Assembly: GCA_050010755.1 (NCBI GenBank)
Contig: JBEKKK010000001.1
Location: forward strand, 1,056,001-1,120,000
DNA: 64,000 nucleotides
From: Candidatus Bathyarchaeia archaeon
Lineage (GTDB): Archaea; Thermoproteota; Bathyarchaeia; Bathyarchaeales; Bathycorpusculaceae
Direction: 5' to 3'
The notes beneath the pieces were generated by a model that made no database searches, was not told the DNA's origin, and worked only from the letters and a program-made list of their open reading frames with translations. This document shows positions 38,927 through 47,904 of this stretch, in pieces. Numbering within the stretch: position 1 is the stretch's first letter; each line of letters starts with the position of its first letter. The position numbers and the translations under genes are program-made.

Positions 38927-38947
38927 TACGATACACTACGTATCGTA
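38927..38947. promoter_or_regulatory. Perfect 8-bp inverted repeat next to a TATA-like element
   Basis: tacgatac actac gtatcgta, beside tataaatatt in the divergent MoxR/hypothetical intergenic region. Confidence 0.45.
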
Positions 38948-39024
38948 CGAATTAGGGCAGGCATCAACGACAAACTGCAAACAGCAACCAACATCAAATA
39001 CATGGCGCACCTCGCTAAATTGTG

Positions 39025-39045
39025 TGTGTAACAGCTCACCACATA
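39025..39045. promoter_or_regulatory. Palindromic site TGTGT-N11-ACATA
   Basis: tgtgt aacagctcacc acata, 46 bp before ATG 39091. Confidence 0.5.
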
Positions 39046-39090
39046 CAAGCCCTTTTCAGACACATAGGAACCAAACAAGAGTTGAGAAAG

Positions 39091-39609
39091 ATGAGCACCG
39101 AGACCGTTTCCCCAGCGGAAAACGAGCAGATTTCAGCGAGAGAAACCTCAAAACCGAGTCGACAAGCTAAAACGGCCATTCAGGAAATCCTTGATTCATT
39201 GAAAAGTGCTCAAGACGATATCGGACAGATTTCTGAATTGAGTTCTGAAGAAAAAACTCTGGTGGCTGAGTTCTTCACTTCATTGTCTCAGGTGATGGCG
39301 CCTGTCGCACCCAGCATCAGGATATCCACAGAGAAGCTTTCCAAATTTTTCAGCGATGTTGTTCAAGCGAATGTGGATCAGAATGGATATCTAGTAATCT
39401 TGGACGCTGAGAGAAAGGTGGAGCTGAAGGATCTGAGAGAAGAAAAGCATCGCGATCTCATGATCAGTGTGTTGGAAGACCTACTTCCGAGATTCAAACA
39501 GCTTTTCAGTGACCAACGTCAAAAAATCGAGGAAAGAATGAAGTTCATCACGGCGGCTGCAAAGGAAGTGCAGAAAATGTCTAAGGCCCTATCTGACAAA
39601 GATGAATAA
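39091..39609 (+). CDS. Hypothetical coiled-coil protein
   Basis: Helical N- and C-terminal heptad-like segments around a short beta region; ATG 39091 preferred as start. Confidence 0.7.
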   Translation: MSTETVSPAENEQISARETSKPSRQAKTAIQEILDSLKSAQDDIGQISELSSEEKTLVAEFFTSLSQVMAPVAPSIRISTEKLSKFFSDVVQANVDQNGYLVILDAERKVELKDLREEKHRDLMISVLEDLLPRFKQLFSDQRQKIEERMKFITAAAKEVQKMSKALSDKDE

Positions 39610-39819
39610 CTTCCTCCAAGCAAGATCAGTTCGACGTTTAATCTAGGATCTTTCGAACAGAGATTATGGCTTCCATTTCTGCGCCAAGCCACAAACGACA
39701 TTTATTTGATTTAGGAAGACAGAAACTCTAACTTTCTATTTTGCAGTACCGTTTCGTACTATCCTGATTCGAAGGGGCTGACAGGTGAGCAGGCCCTTTT
39801 TCCCAAAAAAGGGGTAACT

Positions 39820-40272
39820 TTAGTGGAGATTATCCAGAAGCTCTTTCGTTCTAGTTTCAAGGAAGGTCATCAGTTTCTCCTCGGTCAACTCTTCTTCTTT
39901 TGTCTGGGCTTCTAGTTTTTCGCGTATTGTCTTGATGACATCATCTGGATGTACTGGTTTCATGAAGTAGGCGTCTGCCCCTAGATTGAGTGCTTCAACT
40001 GCATTGCCTATTTGTGGGAAACCTGTCATCATTATCTTTATCATCTTGGGTGTTGATTGGGGAAATGCCTTCAACAGTTTTGTGCCTTCAATATCTGGAA
40101 GCCTAATGTCCAATAGAACTACGTTGTAATTCGACTTCTCCGACTTCTTGAGAGCCTCTTTCCCAGAATTTGCAACGTCAATGAGGAAACCTTCATCTTC
40201 CAATATCAGCCCTAATGTTTTGCAAATGCCTTCGTCGTCGTCAACTATCAATATTTTCTTCTTTCCCTTCAA
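39820..40272 (-). CDS. Stand-alone response-regulator receiver protein
   Basis: ILIVDDD, LLDIRLPD (phospho-Asp), MTG, KP. Confidence 0.92.
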   Translation of the reverse strand: MKGKKKILIVDDDEGICKTLGLILEDEGFLIDVANSGKEALKKSEKSNYNVVLLDIRLPDIEGTKLLKAFPQSTPKMIKIMMTGFPQIGNAVEALNLGADAYFMKPVHPDDVIKTIREKLEAQTKEEELTEEKLMTFLETRTKELLDNLH

Positions 40273-40336
40273 TTCTTTTCACCCCCCGCCCGATTGGATC
40301 TTCTCAGTCTCGCATCGGTTCTCACATCGTCTAATG

Positions 40337-40717
40337 TCAAGTTCCGCGACTACTCCTAACGATTTCTTTTTTCTTGTGGTGGACTCCCCTCAATTTTTCA
40401 ACAAACTTCGACAAGACGATAGGGACCTGTTCTTCAAATTCAACCCGTAGTTTGAAACACAACACTTTGGCAATAGTTTCTTCCAGTATCGCCGCTGAAC
40501 CAAGTAACTGCCCCCTTTCCGAGCCCAACAGCTTCCTCATCTCAACAGAGAAAATGGGAAGCTTGTCCGGAAGCTCCCTTATCGGACATGACATCTTCTC
40601 CAGATAATCCAAAACAATCCGAGCATTGCGAACTCCCAAAGATTCCTGCAGCACTTCAACTATCGTCACTACCAGTAACTGGTCGAATTCTTCCAGATCA
40701 GCAAGCTCCAGCTGCAT
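40337..40717 (-). CDS. Hypothetical helical protein, possibly DUF3227/NitrOD-like signalling domain
   Basis: FDQLL...ESLG...LDYLEK...LPDKLPIFS...AAILEETIAK pattern; directly upstream of the receiver; family call tentative. Confidence 0.55.
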   Translation of the reverse strand: MQLELADLEEFDQLLVVTIVEVLQESLGVRNARIVLDYLEKMSCPIRELPDKLPIFSVEMRKLLGSERGQLLGSAAILEETIAKVLCFKLRVEFEEQVPIVLSKFVEKLRGVHHKKKEIVRSSRGT

Positions 40718-41025
40718 CGAGACCCTTAAGTCAGTTCTCCGACGAATCTTTTCTCCACAGCTTATATTATGGTTATGAAGTTGGAATCGTGATTGCACAA
40801 CACGCTAAGGACGTTAAAATAGCGAAGCAAGTTGGGATCAAGATACTTGCGAGTGCTTGACCAGAATCAAGGCGTATGTAACAATTCCGATGTACAAATT
40901 CTCTTATCTGCCGCTCCCGTATGTCCTGACTGGATGATGTAAGATGAAGCAAGATTTCACTATGCCAATCGCATCACTCAATCACGCGTCTATTTCAAAC
41001 GCCTTTTAAGGAATGGGGATGTTCT

Positions 41026-41562
41026 GTGGGAACAGAGATTCGTACTTTTTATTCCTTGAAAGAGGTGGCCGAATACGTGGCTGGCCAAATCGACGAGTAC
41101 AAGAGCTTATACGAAGATTACAGCCAATGGCTGGGATCATTACTTCGAGACTCGGATGATCCCGGAAAATTGGCAGCCTTAAAGAGGGACATGCAGAGCT
41201 CTGCGAAAAAAAATCAAGGAACAAAACAGGCTCAAAGAAAATCCCAAGACAAATCAAAGAATGAACAAGGTTCACATTGGATAGAAGTTGGAGGAACATT
41301 GCTTTGCTCGACAGAGCAAGGAGAGGCAGAAATACTTTTCGAAGCAATTGAAGAAATAAATAGAAAAACGCAGAGCCTTGAGAAGTTCAAATCCACGCTG
41401 CAGCAAATCGAACGGATAGGACCAGGCAAGAGCGTCAACTACATAACGTACATCAAAGATGACATTCCTGATAAGATCGTAATCAAAAGTAAGATCACTG
41501 GGCAGACTGATGAAACTTTTAATTTCGCAGCCGAGTTTACAGCTCAAGGACTGGAGCACTAA
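41026..41562 (+). CDS. Hypothetical protein (helix, beta-hairpin, helix)
   Basis: 178-aa ORF with natural composition; family not recognised. Confidence 0.7.
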   Translation: MGTEIRTFYSLKEVAEYVAGQIDEYKSLYEDYSQWLGSLLRDSDDPGKLAALKRDMQSSAKKNQGTKQAQRKSQDKSKNEQGSHWIEVGGTLLCSTEQGEAEILFEAIEEINRKTQSLEKFKSTLQQIERIGPGKSVNYITYIKDDIPDKIVIKSKITGQTDETFNFAAEFTAQGLEH

Positions 41563-41731
41563 AGACGAGCTTGAGTGTGTCGCACTGAATACGCACAAAG
41601 AAAGAAGAAAAATCTTGAGAAATTAGTTGCAGCATGCTTGAAGGAGCTTAGGGGAATCGCTTATTTGCCCAAAATACTCAGTTTCAGGCGTAACGGTTTC
41701 AATCTCGATAGATAGCCTGCACGTCGAAAGG

Positions 41732-42244
41732 ATGAGTCAAGACCTCTCCCCAGAAGTTTTCTTCAACGTCAACGCGAAGCTTGAAGAGCAGAAAAAAACT
41801 AGCAACACAGCGGAACTTGCCTTCACTCTCCTAATAGAAACAAAGCCTAACGCGGTAAAGTATTCTGTCGGAGGCACTGTAGAACTTGAAGGCAACATTC
41901 GGGACATAAACAAGAAATTGGAACCGAACCCAAAAACAAAAATACCCCAAATTCTATTTACGGTTTATCAACACGTTTTCAGTTCTATATATTTGCTCTC
42001 ATCAATTCTCGGAACCCCTTACCCTCCTCCTGACATGCTACATCCAATGCAGGAGAAGATATTAATCCTCCACAAGGATGCCAAAGACGAAGCAGCACAG
42101 TCAACAGAGGAAAATGGGCGGGAAGCTTCTCAATCGAAGAAGACACCTGAAAATCTGCAGAAGGAACCCAAGGAACCTGAAATATTCGTAGGAAAGCCTG
42201 AAACAGAGACTAACAAAGCTACCGCAGCGCCACGGGTTAATTGA
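41732..42244 (+). CDS. Hypothetical protein with beta-rich N-domain and disordered charged tail
   Basis: 170-aa ORF; alternating beta strands, then a helix and PYPPP. Confidence 0.7.
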   Translation: MSQDLSPEVFFNVNAKLEEQKKTSNTAELAFTLLIETKPNAVKYSVGGTVELEGNIRDINKKLEPNPKTKIPQILFTVYQHVFSSIYLLSSILGTPYPPPDMLHPMQEKILILHKDAKDEAAQSTEENGREASQSKKTPENLQKEPKEPEIFVGKPETETNKATAAPRVN

Positions 42245-42254
42245 TAAACCGCTC

Positions 42255-42623
42255 TTAGAATCCAATCATTTTAAGCCCAAAACTCAGGATAATATTAGCT
42301 GCAGCGGAGATCCCGAAGATTAAAATGATGGTCTTCGGCGAGATTGTGAAAGAGGAATTCTCCTCCTCCCTGGGCTGTATTTCATAGCCCTTGATTTCAT
42401 GCGTTTCGGATTCAACGCGTACGATTGCTGACATCTTCTTCATTTCGACCTCAACAATGTACAACCCCTCTTCAAATGAGACCCTCTTGGGTTTCAAACC
42501 GCCTTTATTTCCTATTCTCTTCAAGAAATTAGTCGCAATTGTTGTTACAGATTCGGCGTTCAGTGCCTTTAGCTGCCCAGAATTAATAATGATTGGAACT
42601 TTCCTCTCCAGAGTTGCTGCCAA
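42255..42623 (-). CDS. Hypothetical tail-anchored membrane protein
   Basis: Small alpha/beta domain and a C-terminal hydrophobic helix. Confidence 0.65.
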   Translation of the reverse strand: MAATLERKVPIIINSGQLKALNAESVTTIATNFLKRIGNKGGLKPKRVSFEEGLYIVEVEMKKMSAIVRVESETHEIKGYEIQPREEENSSFTISPKTIILIFGISAAANIILSFGLKMIGF

Positions 42624-42827
42624 CTCTAATGCCTCCGGTCTACTTTCAAGGAAACACCTTTCCCACTGATGGATTCTTGCAGAGGTAGATTGGTTTTCGT
42701 CAGGCTCATCTCTCTTATTAACGGCCAGCGAGCTAGCTCTGATTTAATGTCAGATTCTCGGTTTATAGCATTAATGAATCTTGAATAAACATTCTCAGTA
42801 AGGGTGTGCATTGCGGAGTCAAAACGC

Positions 42828-44489
42828 TCAGCCCTTGAATTTTCTTGCATATACCAACACTCCGATCGCCGTTGCTGTGCCCACCCCGATTAGTATGAAA
42901 AGCGAATACTTTGTAAGCACAGGCTCTTGAACTTGAATTGTCAATGGAGGGCTTTCACTTGCGAAGATGGAGGAATTGCCGTAAAACTCTGCATAGGCTA
43001 ACCATTCTCCTGTGCTGTTAGGCCTAAAGCTCGCCATGAAAGTGCCGTCCTGAAGTGTGAAACATTGTATCTGTTCTGTTACGTTCGCAGAAGAGACGTA
43101 AATGGTGATTGGAACGTTCGCAGTTTGAGGATTGAAACTGCCTTCCAGCGTAACGTTATCTCCTAACGTTGGCTCCATAGAAGTGGAGGTCAGATTCATT
43201 GTCGAAGCGTATTTCACCTGGTACGCCCCTCTTGCGCCAAGCAAGTTCTCCAACGTATCCGTCGCCGTTACTATATAGTTCACTGTTGTTCCTGCTGCCT
43301 GTTTCGGAATGGTTGCATTGCACGTGTTGTTCGAAACATCCATATCAATCGTATCATTGCTGTTCCAATTATCCGTCGTGTATTGCAGAATAGCGTTCTG
43401 CAGATCCGTTGAATTTGAAGCATAGGAAATCGTCGTATCGTTGTCTGGATATACTGCCGTGGGAACCGTTACTGGCTTCAAGTAGGTGTTGTTGAATTCA
43501 GTTTTTATGAGGTAATCTATAGTTCCGTAACCAACTTCTCCGATGAAGACAAGATGGTACAGATTCAGCCCTCCTGATTTGGGCGCAGAAAAATTCAAGA
43601 ACATGCCTTGACCGTAATACTCACAACTGGAATAAGCGTTGCCTCTGTATCCTTCAGTATCAAGGTTGTATCCTCCTGTTACGGTTGTTCCGGTGTTTGT
43701 TAGGGTTGTTCCGTTGCTTGTAATGCCATAAAGCCCCTGTTCCCATGCCAGTGGAACTCCGTCGAGGATAGTTTGGTTGGTTGATGACGAATCAGACATT
43801 AGGTAGAGCCTAGCCTCGTACATGTCCAGAGTCTTCGGGACATTCACGTATACTTCAACATACTGACTTGCCGTTGCGAACTCATAACCCCAACTTGTGT
43901 TGAGCATCGGCAGGTTGGCGCTTCCGAATCCTTCAGCATAATGTTGGTTCCAAACATCAGTTTGCACGTCTTCAATTAGCATGAACGTGGCTTCTTGAGC
44001 TGCTTGGCTCGCTTTGATGTTATTTGATATTACAAAAGTGTAGTTGCCCGATAGCTGTGGAACAAAGAAAGCCGAGCCGTTAGTCCCTAAATTCGCTAGG
44101 AGACCTGCAGACGGTGTGTGGTAGCCCACCATTTCTCCCGCATCATCATAAACGTAAACGTCATAGCAAGTCAGTGGATACGGACCAGAATTAGTAAAAT
44201 TACCATAAAGATAGGCGTGGTAAGTATGGTTTGCAACCAGCGGACACACGATGGTCCAGTTCTGACCCGGCATTATCTGCGAGTCATTTATCAACACTGG
44301 AAAACATGGTTTCTCCAGGTAGGTCCAATTTCCCAAAGATCCTGAGTTCACGTAGGTGTGAACGTACGTTGAATATTCTGTAAGATAGTTGGCTGCTGAT
44401 CCTATTCTGGAGCCGGCTAGCTGGGCTACAAACAGTACAACTAAGATTTGGACTGCTTTTCTTTTCGAAAGAAAGCGTGAAAATCTCAA
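42828..44489 (-). CDS. Secreted, C-terminally membrane-anchored glycoprotein with Ig-like domains
   Basis: Signal peptide, Thr/Asn-rich beta repeats with many NxS/T sequons, DGTFMASFRPNSTGEW, C-terminal TM plus RKFKG. Confidence 0.8.
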   Translation of the reverse strand: MRFSRFLSKRKAVQILVVLFVAQLAGSRIGSAANYLTEYSTYVHTYVNSGSLGNWTYLEKPCFPVLINDSQIMPGQNWTIVCPLVANHTYHAYLYGNFTNSGPYPLTCYDVYVYDDAGEMVGYHTPSAGLLANLGTNGSAFFVPQLSGNYTFVISNNIKASQAAQEATFMLIEDVQTDVWNQHYAEGFGSANLPMLNTSWGYEFATASQYVEVYVNVPKTLDMYEARLYLMSDSSSTNQTILDGVPLAWEQGLYGITSNGTTLTNTGTTVTGGYNLDTEGYRGNAYSSCEYYGQGMFLNFSAPKSGGLNLYHLVFIGEVGYGTIDYLIKTEFNNTYLKPVTVPTAVYPDNDTTISYASNSTDLQNAILQYTTDNWNSNDTIDMDVSNNTCNATIPKQAAGTTVNYIVTATDTLENLLGARGAYQVKYASTMNLTSTSMEPTLGDNVTLEGSFNPQTANVPITIYVSSANVTEQIQCFTLQDGTFMASFRPNSTGEWLAYAEFYGNSSIFASESPPLTIQVQEPVLTKYSLFILIGVGTATAIGVLVYARKFKG

Positions 44490-44734
44490 CCATGACCACT
44501 GACTTGATAATTCAATCGCTGTCGAAGAAATACGTTATGAACATGGGGTTTTGATTTGTAGACCAGTGCGGTTCTTCATAGCCTTGCAGAGAACTGGTGA
44601 TAAGTATACTGAGTTCATAACTCATTTATCCCTATCCGGGCAACTTGGAAGGCAGAGGAATACGGGTTGCTAGATAGCATCCATATTGAGTCTGAGATTG
44701 ATCCGTGTAAAGATTGTTGTTGTGGTGTTACGAT

Positions 44735-46033
44735 TTGAGAATAGGGTTTTTCGTTTGGGAATATCCTCCCGCCCTCGTTGGCGGTTTAGGAACATACGCT
44801 GAATATATAACACGCCAGCTGGTTTCCATGGGCAATGACGTGACTGTTTTCACTCTTAATCCGGGAAACCTGAAGACTAGAGAAATTCTGAAGGGGGTAG
44901 AGGTTCATAGACCCCTAGTCGCTGACGCAAGCAATGTTTTTCCAATGTTTGTTGTTGATGACCTGAAGCAATGGGGCACAAACATTCGTATGTTTAATGA
45001 CATATTCATCTATAACATATTGAGTGCGTCAAAATTTGTGAATAGTATGGTGAAAAAGGAAGGCTGTAATTTTGACATTGTCTGTGTACACGACTGGCTG
45101 AGCAGCATATCTGGTCTAATGGTCAAGAATGAGACGAAGATTCCGGTGGTTTTTCACGTGCACAGCACCGAGTGGGGTAGGGCAGGAGGACAGGGGTCAG
45201 AAGTTGTGTCTCACCTGGAATGGGCAACTTCGCAGAAGGTGGACAAGATAATAACGGTCAGTCATGCTATGCAAGAGGACTTGGCTAGGCACGGTTGGCC
45301 AAAATCCAAAATAAGCGTTGTTTGGAACGGCGTGGACCCTGACTACTATAGTCCCAGAAACTGCAAAGCTGAGGAAATTGAAGCAATCCGTAACATGTAC
45401 GGATTAAAACCTGATGAAAAAATGATTTTGTTTCTCGGAAGGCTGACATGGGTTAAGGGTGTTACGAACCTCGTTCAGGCGATGCCTACCGTGTTGGCAG
45501 AATACCCGGACACTAAATTGGTCATTCTGGGAAAGGGTGAACAACAAAACGACATAGTCGAAGCTGCAAACAGACTTGGAATAAGCGAAAAAGTCGCCTG
45601 CAGATTCGAATTCGTGCCCGAGAGAGAACGTATCCTCCATTACGCTGCAGCAGACGCTTGCATTTTCCCCTCCACCTACGAACCGTTCGGAATAGTTAGC
45701 CTAGAAGCCATGTCAATGGAGAAACCAATAATCGTGGGAGCACAAGGCACCGTTGGATTCAGAGAACAGGTCATTCCGACTGGACCAGACCAGAACGGCG
45801 TTCACGTAAATGGCGGTAACCCTGCCGACATCGCTTGGGGCATCAAAGAAGTCCTGTCAGATCCAGAAAGAGCCAAAAAGTGGGGAATAAACGGCAGAAA
45901 AAGGGTATTACAGTATTTCACGTGGCGAGAAGCCGCAGAACAGACACTTCGAATATACAACATGACAATACACCCGCAAGAACACGAGGAATACAAACTA
46001 GTCGATCTGGTTGAGACATTAGCAAACGAATAA
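44735..46033 (+). CDS. Glycosyltransferase family 4 (glycogen-synthase-like)
   Basis: WEYPP..VGGLG, VHDW, HSTE, NGVD, GRLTWVKG, PSTYEPFGIVSLEAM. Confidence 0.9.
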   Translation: MRIGFFVWEYPPALVGGLGTYAEYITRQLVSMGNDVTVFTLNPGNLKTREILKGVEVHRPLVADASNVFPMFVVDDLKQWGTNIRMFNDIFIYNILSASKFVNSMVKKEGCNFDIVCVHDWLSSISGLMVKNETKIPVVFHVHSTEWGRAGGQGSEVVSHLEWATSQKVDKIITVSHAMQEDLARHGWPKSKISVVWNGVDPDYYSPRNCKAEEIEAIRNMYGLKPDEKMILFLGRLTWVKGVTNLVQAMPTVLAEYPDTKLVILGKGEQQNDIVEAANRLGISEKVACRFEFVPERERILHYAAADACIFPSTYEPFGIVSLEAMSMEKPIIVGAQGTVGFREQVIPTGPDQNGVHVNGGNPADIAWGIKEVLSDPERAKKWGINGRKRVLQYFTWREAAEQTLRIYNMTIHPQEHEEYKLVDLVETLANE

Positions 46034-46192
46034 AGAGCCTCACCAGCGCGTCAAAATCCTGAACCTCTGGCGGTCCTCTCGTACCACCGTCCAACATCAG
46101 CCTCATCGGGCAAAGGCGCGTATTTTGCAATATTCATAAGAGAGAATCGTAGCTTTTACGGCAGTGGAAGAAACGGTTTCTGAATTAGAATG

Positions 46193-46289
46193 TGGTGGGC
46201 CCGCCCGGATTTGAACCGGGGATCAACAGGTTTCTGAACGCTTAGTGCGCTTATGAGCCTGGCGCTCTACCTAGCTGAGCTACGGGCCC
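46193..46289 (-). tRNA. tRNA with CAU anticodon (probably tRNA-Ile2), 20-nt intron at 37/38 (46232-46251), CCA encoded
   Basis: GGGCCCG/CGGGCCC acceptor stem, GCTC/GAGC D-stem, CTCATA^A loop, CCCGG-TTCAAAT-CCGGG T-arm; the GGGCCCG acceptor resembles archaeal Ile rather than Met tRNAs. Confidence 0.9.
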
Positions 46290-46371
46290 TTGAATGCCTG
46301 TTTTCTGTTATATTGCTGTTTTCAAGTTAATTTAAGTGTTTTTGGGTTTAGATTATCAAGCGTGCGCAATC

Positions 46372-46399
46372 TAATTTAATGCTTATAATTTAATGCTTA
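46372..46399. repeat. 14-bp tandem direct repeat in a divergent promoter region
   Basis: taatttaatgctta x2. Confidence 0.8.
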
Positions 46400-46449
46400 T
46401 ATGATAGAGTTTCCAGAACGTTCAGCAAAGAAAAGGAGACAAGTCCCAA

Positions 46450-46944
46450 ATGAAGCCTGCATTACTTGTGATTGACATTCAGAATGACTTCTTCAACTTC
46501 AGCCAGGTCTGCGCAGACTCCTTGAAATCGGCCATCGAATACGTGAATGCGGCGACTGGTTTGTTCAGAAAAAGGAACTTTCCCGTCGTCATCATCCAAC
46601 ACAAGAACGAAGGAAACAATCTAGTTCCAGGCAAGCTAGGCTTCGATGTGCCTGACACTGTGAAAATCGAGCCCACTGACTTCCGAATAGTGAAGGCATA
46701 TGGCAACTCATTCAAGAAAACGGGATTAACGGAGAAGCTGAAGGAACTCGGAGTTGACACGGTCATAATCACTGGTTTCTGCGCCGAAGAATGCGTCCTA
46801 TCTACGTACAAAGGCGCGGAGGACTTGGACTTGAAACCGATAATACTCAAAGGCTCAATCGCCTCAACCAATCTCGAACATATCAGGTTTGTGGAGGAAA
46901 TCTGCGACACCGTGACCTTCGGCGCGCTTGAGACGTTACTTTAG
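46450..46944 (+). CDS. Isochorismatase-family cysteine hydrolase
   Basis: ALLVIDIQNDF, KAYGNSF, GFCAEECVLST. Confidence 0.88.
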   Translation: MKPALLVIDIQNDFFNFSQVCADSLKSAIEYVNAATGLFRKRNFPVVIIQHKNEGNNLVPGKLGFDVPDTVKIEPTDFRIVKAYGNSFKKTGLTEKLKELGVDTVIITGFCAEECVLSTYKGAEDLDLKPIILKGSIASTNLEHIRFVEEICDTVTFGALETLL

Positions 46945-47013
46945 ATGTTTCAAACAGAACCTGCAACGCGGGTTGGGGACCAACATGACGGTTTTTGGCC
47001 GTGAAATTGTGGG

Positions 47014-47886
47014 CTAGCGGTGCATGCGTTCGTAGTGATACAGGTATTCTTGAGCGTATCCTGCGTGGTTGCCGAAGTATTCTCTGCCGAAGGAACTGAA
47101 CTTCTCGTATGCGGATATGCTCAGCGATTGTTGTGGAGTGTTCTTTCTGATGAATTCCGTTGGGAAGTGTTTTGCATAGTACTTTAGAACTACTCGTCTC
47201 ACCCAAACGTCGACGGGAAACGCCTCAAGCCTTTCCAGAGAAAACAGTAGGACGCAGTCTGCGACCTTTGGACCTACGCCAGGAAGCGTCAGCAGCTCTT
47301 CTTTCGCTTCCTCATAGGTCGCTTCTTTCAGGCGTTCAAAGTCAACTCCGTTCTTGTGGACCGTTCTTGCTGTTTCAGAGACGTATTTAGCCCGGTAACC
47401 CAGGCCGCATTCCTGCAATTCTTGCAGTGGTGCTTTTGCCAGTTTTTCAGGTTTCGGGAAACCGTAGAACTTGTGGCTGTCGAGGCAGATTTTTTCTCCA
47501 AATTTCCCGGAAAGGTTGGCCAGCATCTGACTTATGGCCGAGATGCTCTTGTAGGTGGCGCAGATGTAAGATATCAGGCATTCCCAAGGTTCCTGGCGTA
47601 GGATGCGTAGGCCATTGAACTCGTTGATGGCGGCCCTGATGTAATTGTCTTTGCCGATCTGAGCGAGTATCTTGGGTAAGTCGTCATCCAAACGAAAGTA
47701 GAGTTCAACGAAGCTTGTGTTCACGCCTTCGAACTCTAGGGTCCTGCCGTTCTGGTGTATCTTGCACACTTCATCTCCGACGATGCCCAGCCACCAGTCG
47801 TCCTGTTTTTGCCATCTGAACGTCTGTCCGCAGCAGAGGGTGAAATCAAGGTTGAAAGGTGTTGAGGAGCCCAGCTTAATGTGCAC
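47014..47886 (-). CDS. ogg: 8-oxoguanine DNA glycosylase (Ogg1-type HhH-GPD)
   Basis: CGQTFRW, GLRILRQEPWECLISYI, GLGYRAKY, LPGVGPKVADC, FPVDVW, AGYAQEYL. Confidence 0.9.
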   Translation of the reverse strand: MHIKLGSSTPFNLDFTLCCGQTFRWQKQDDWWLGIVGDEVCKIHQNGRTLEFEGVNTSFVELYFRLDDDLPKILAQIGKDNYIRAAINEFNGLRILRQEPWECLISYICATYKSISAISQMLANLSGKFGEKICLDSHKFYGFPKPEKLAKAPLQELQECGLGYRAKYVSETARTVHKNGVDFERLKEATYEEAKEELLTLPGVGPKVADCVLLFSLERLEAFPVDVWVRRVVLKYYAKHFPTEFIRKNTPQQSLSISAYEKFSSFGREYFGNHAGYAQEYLYHYERMHR

Positions 47887-47904
47887 GCTTTCACTTCCAT
47901 TTAG

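Noticed and set aside
40920-40995. Loose 5-bp periodicity in pilus-locus spacers (also near 26270, 27040, 28150, 34920)
   Set aside because: Too degenerate to define a unit by eye; needs autocorrelation analysis
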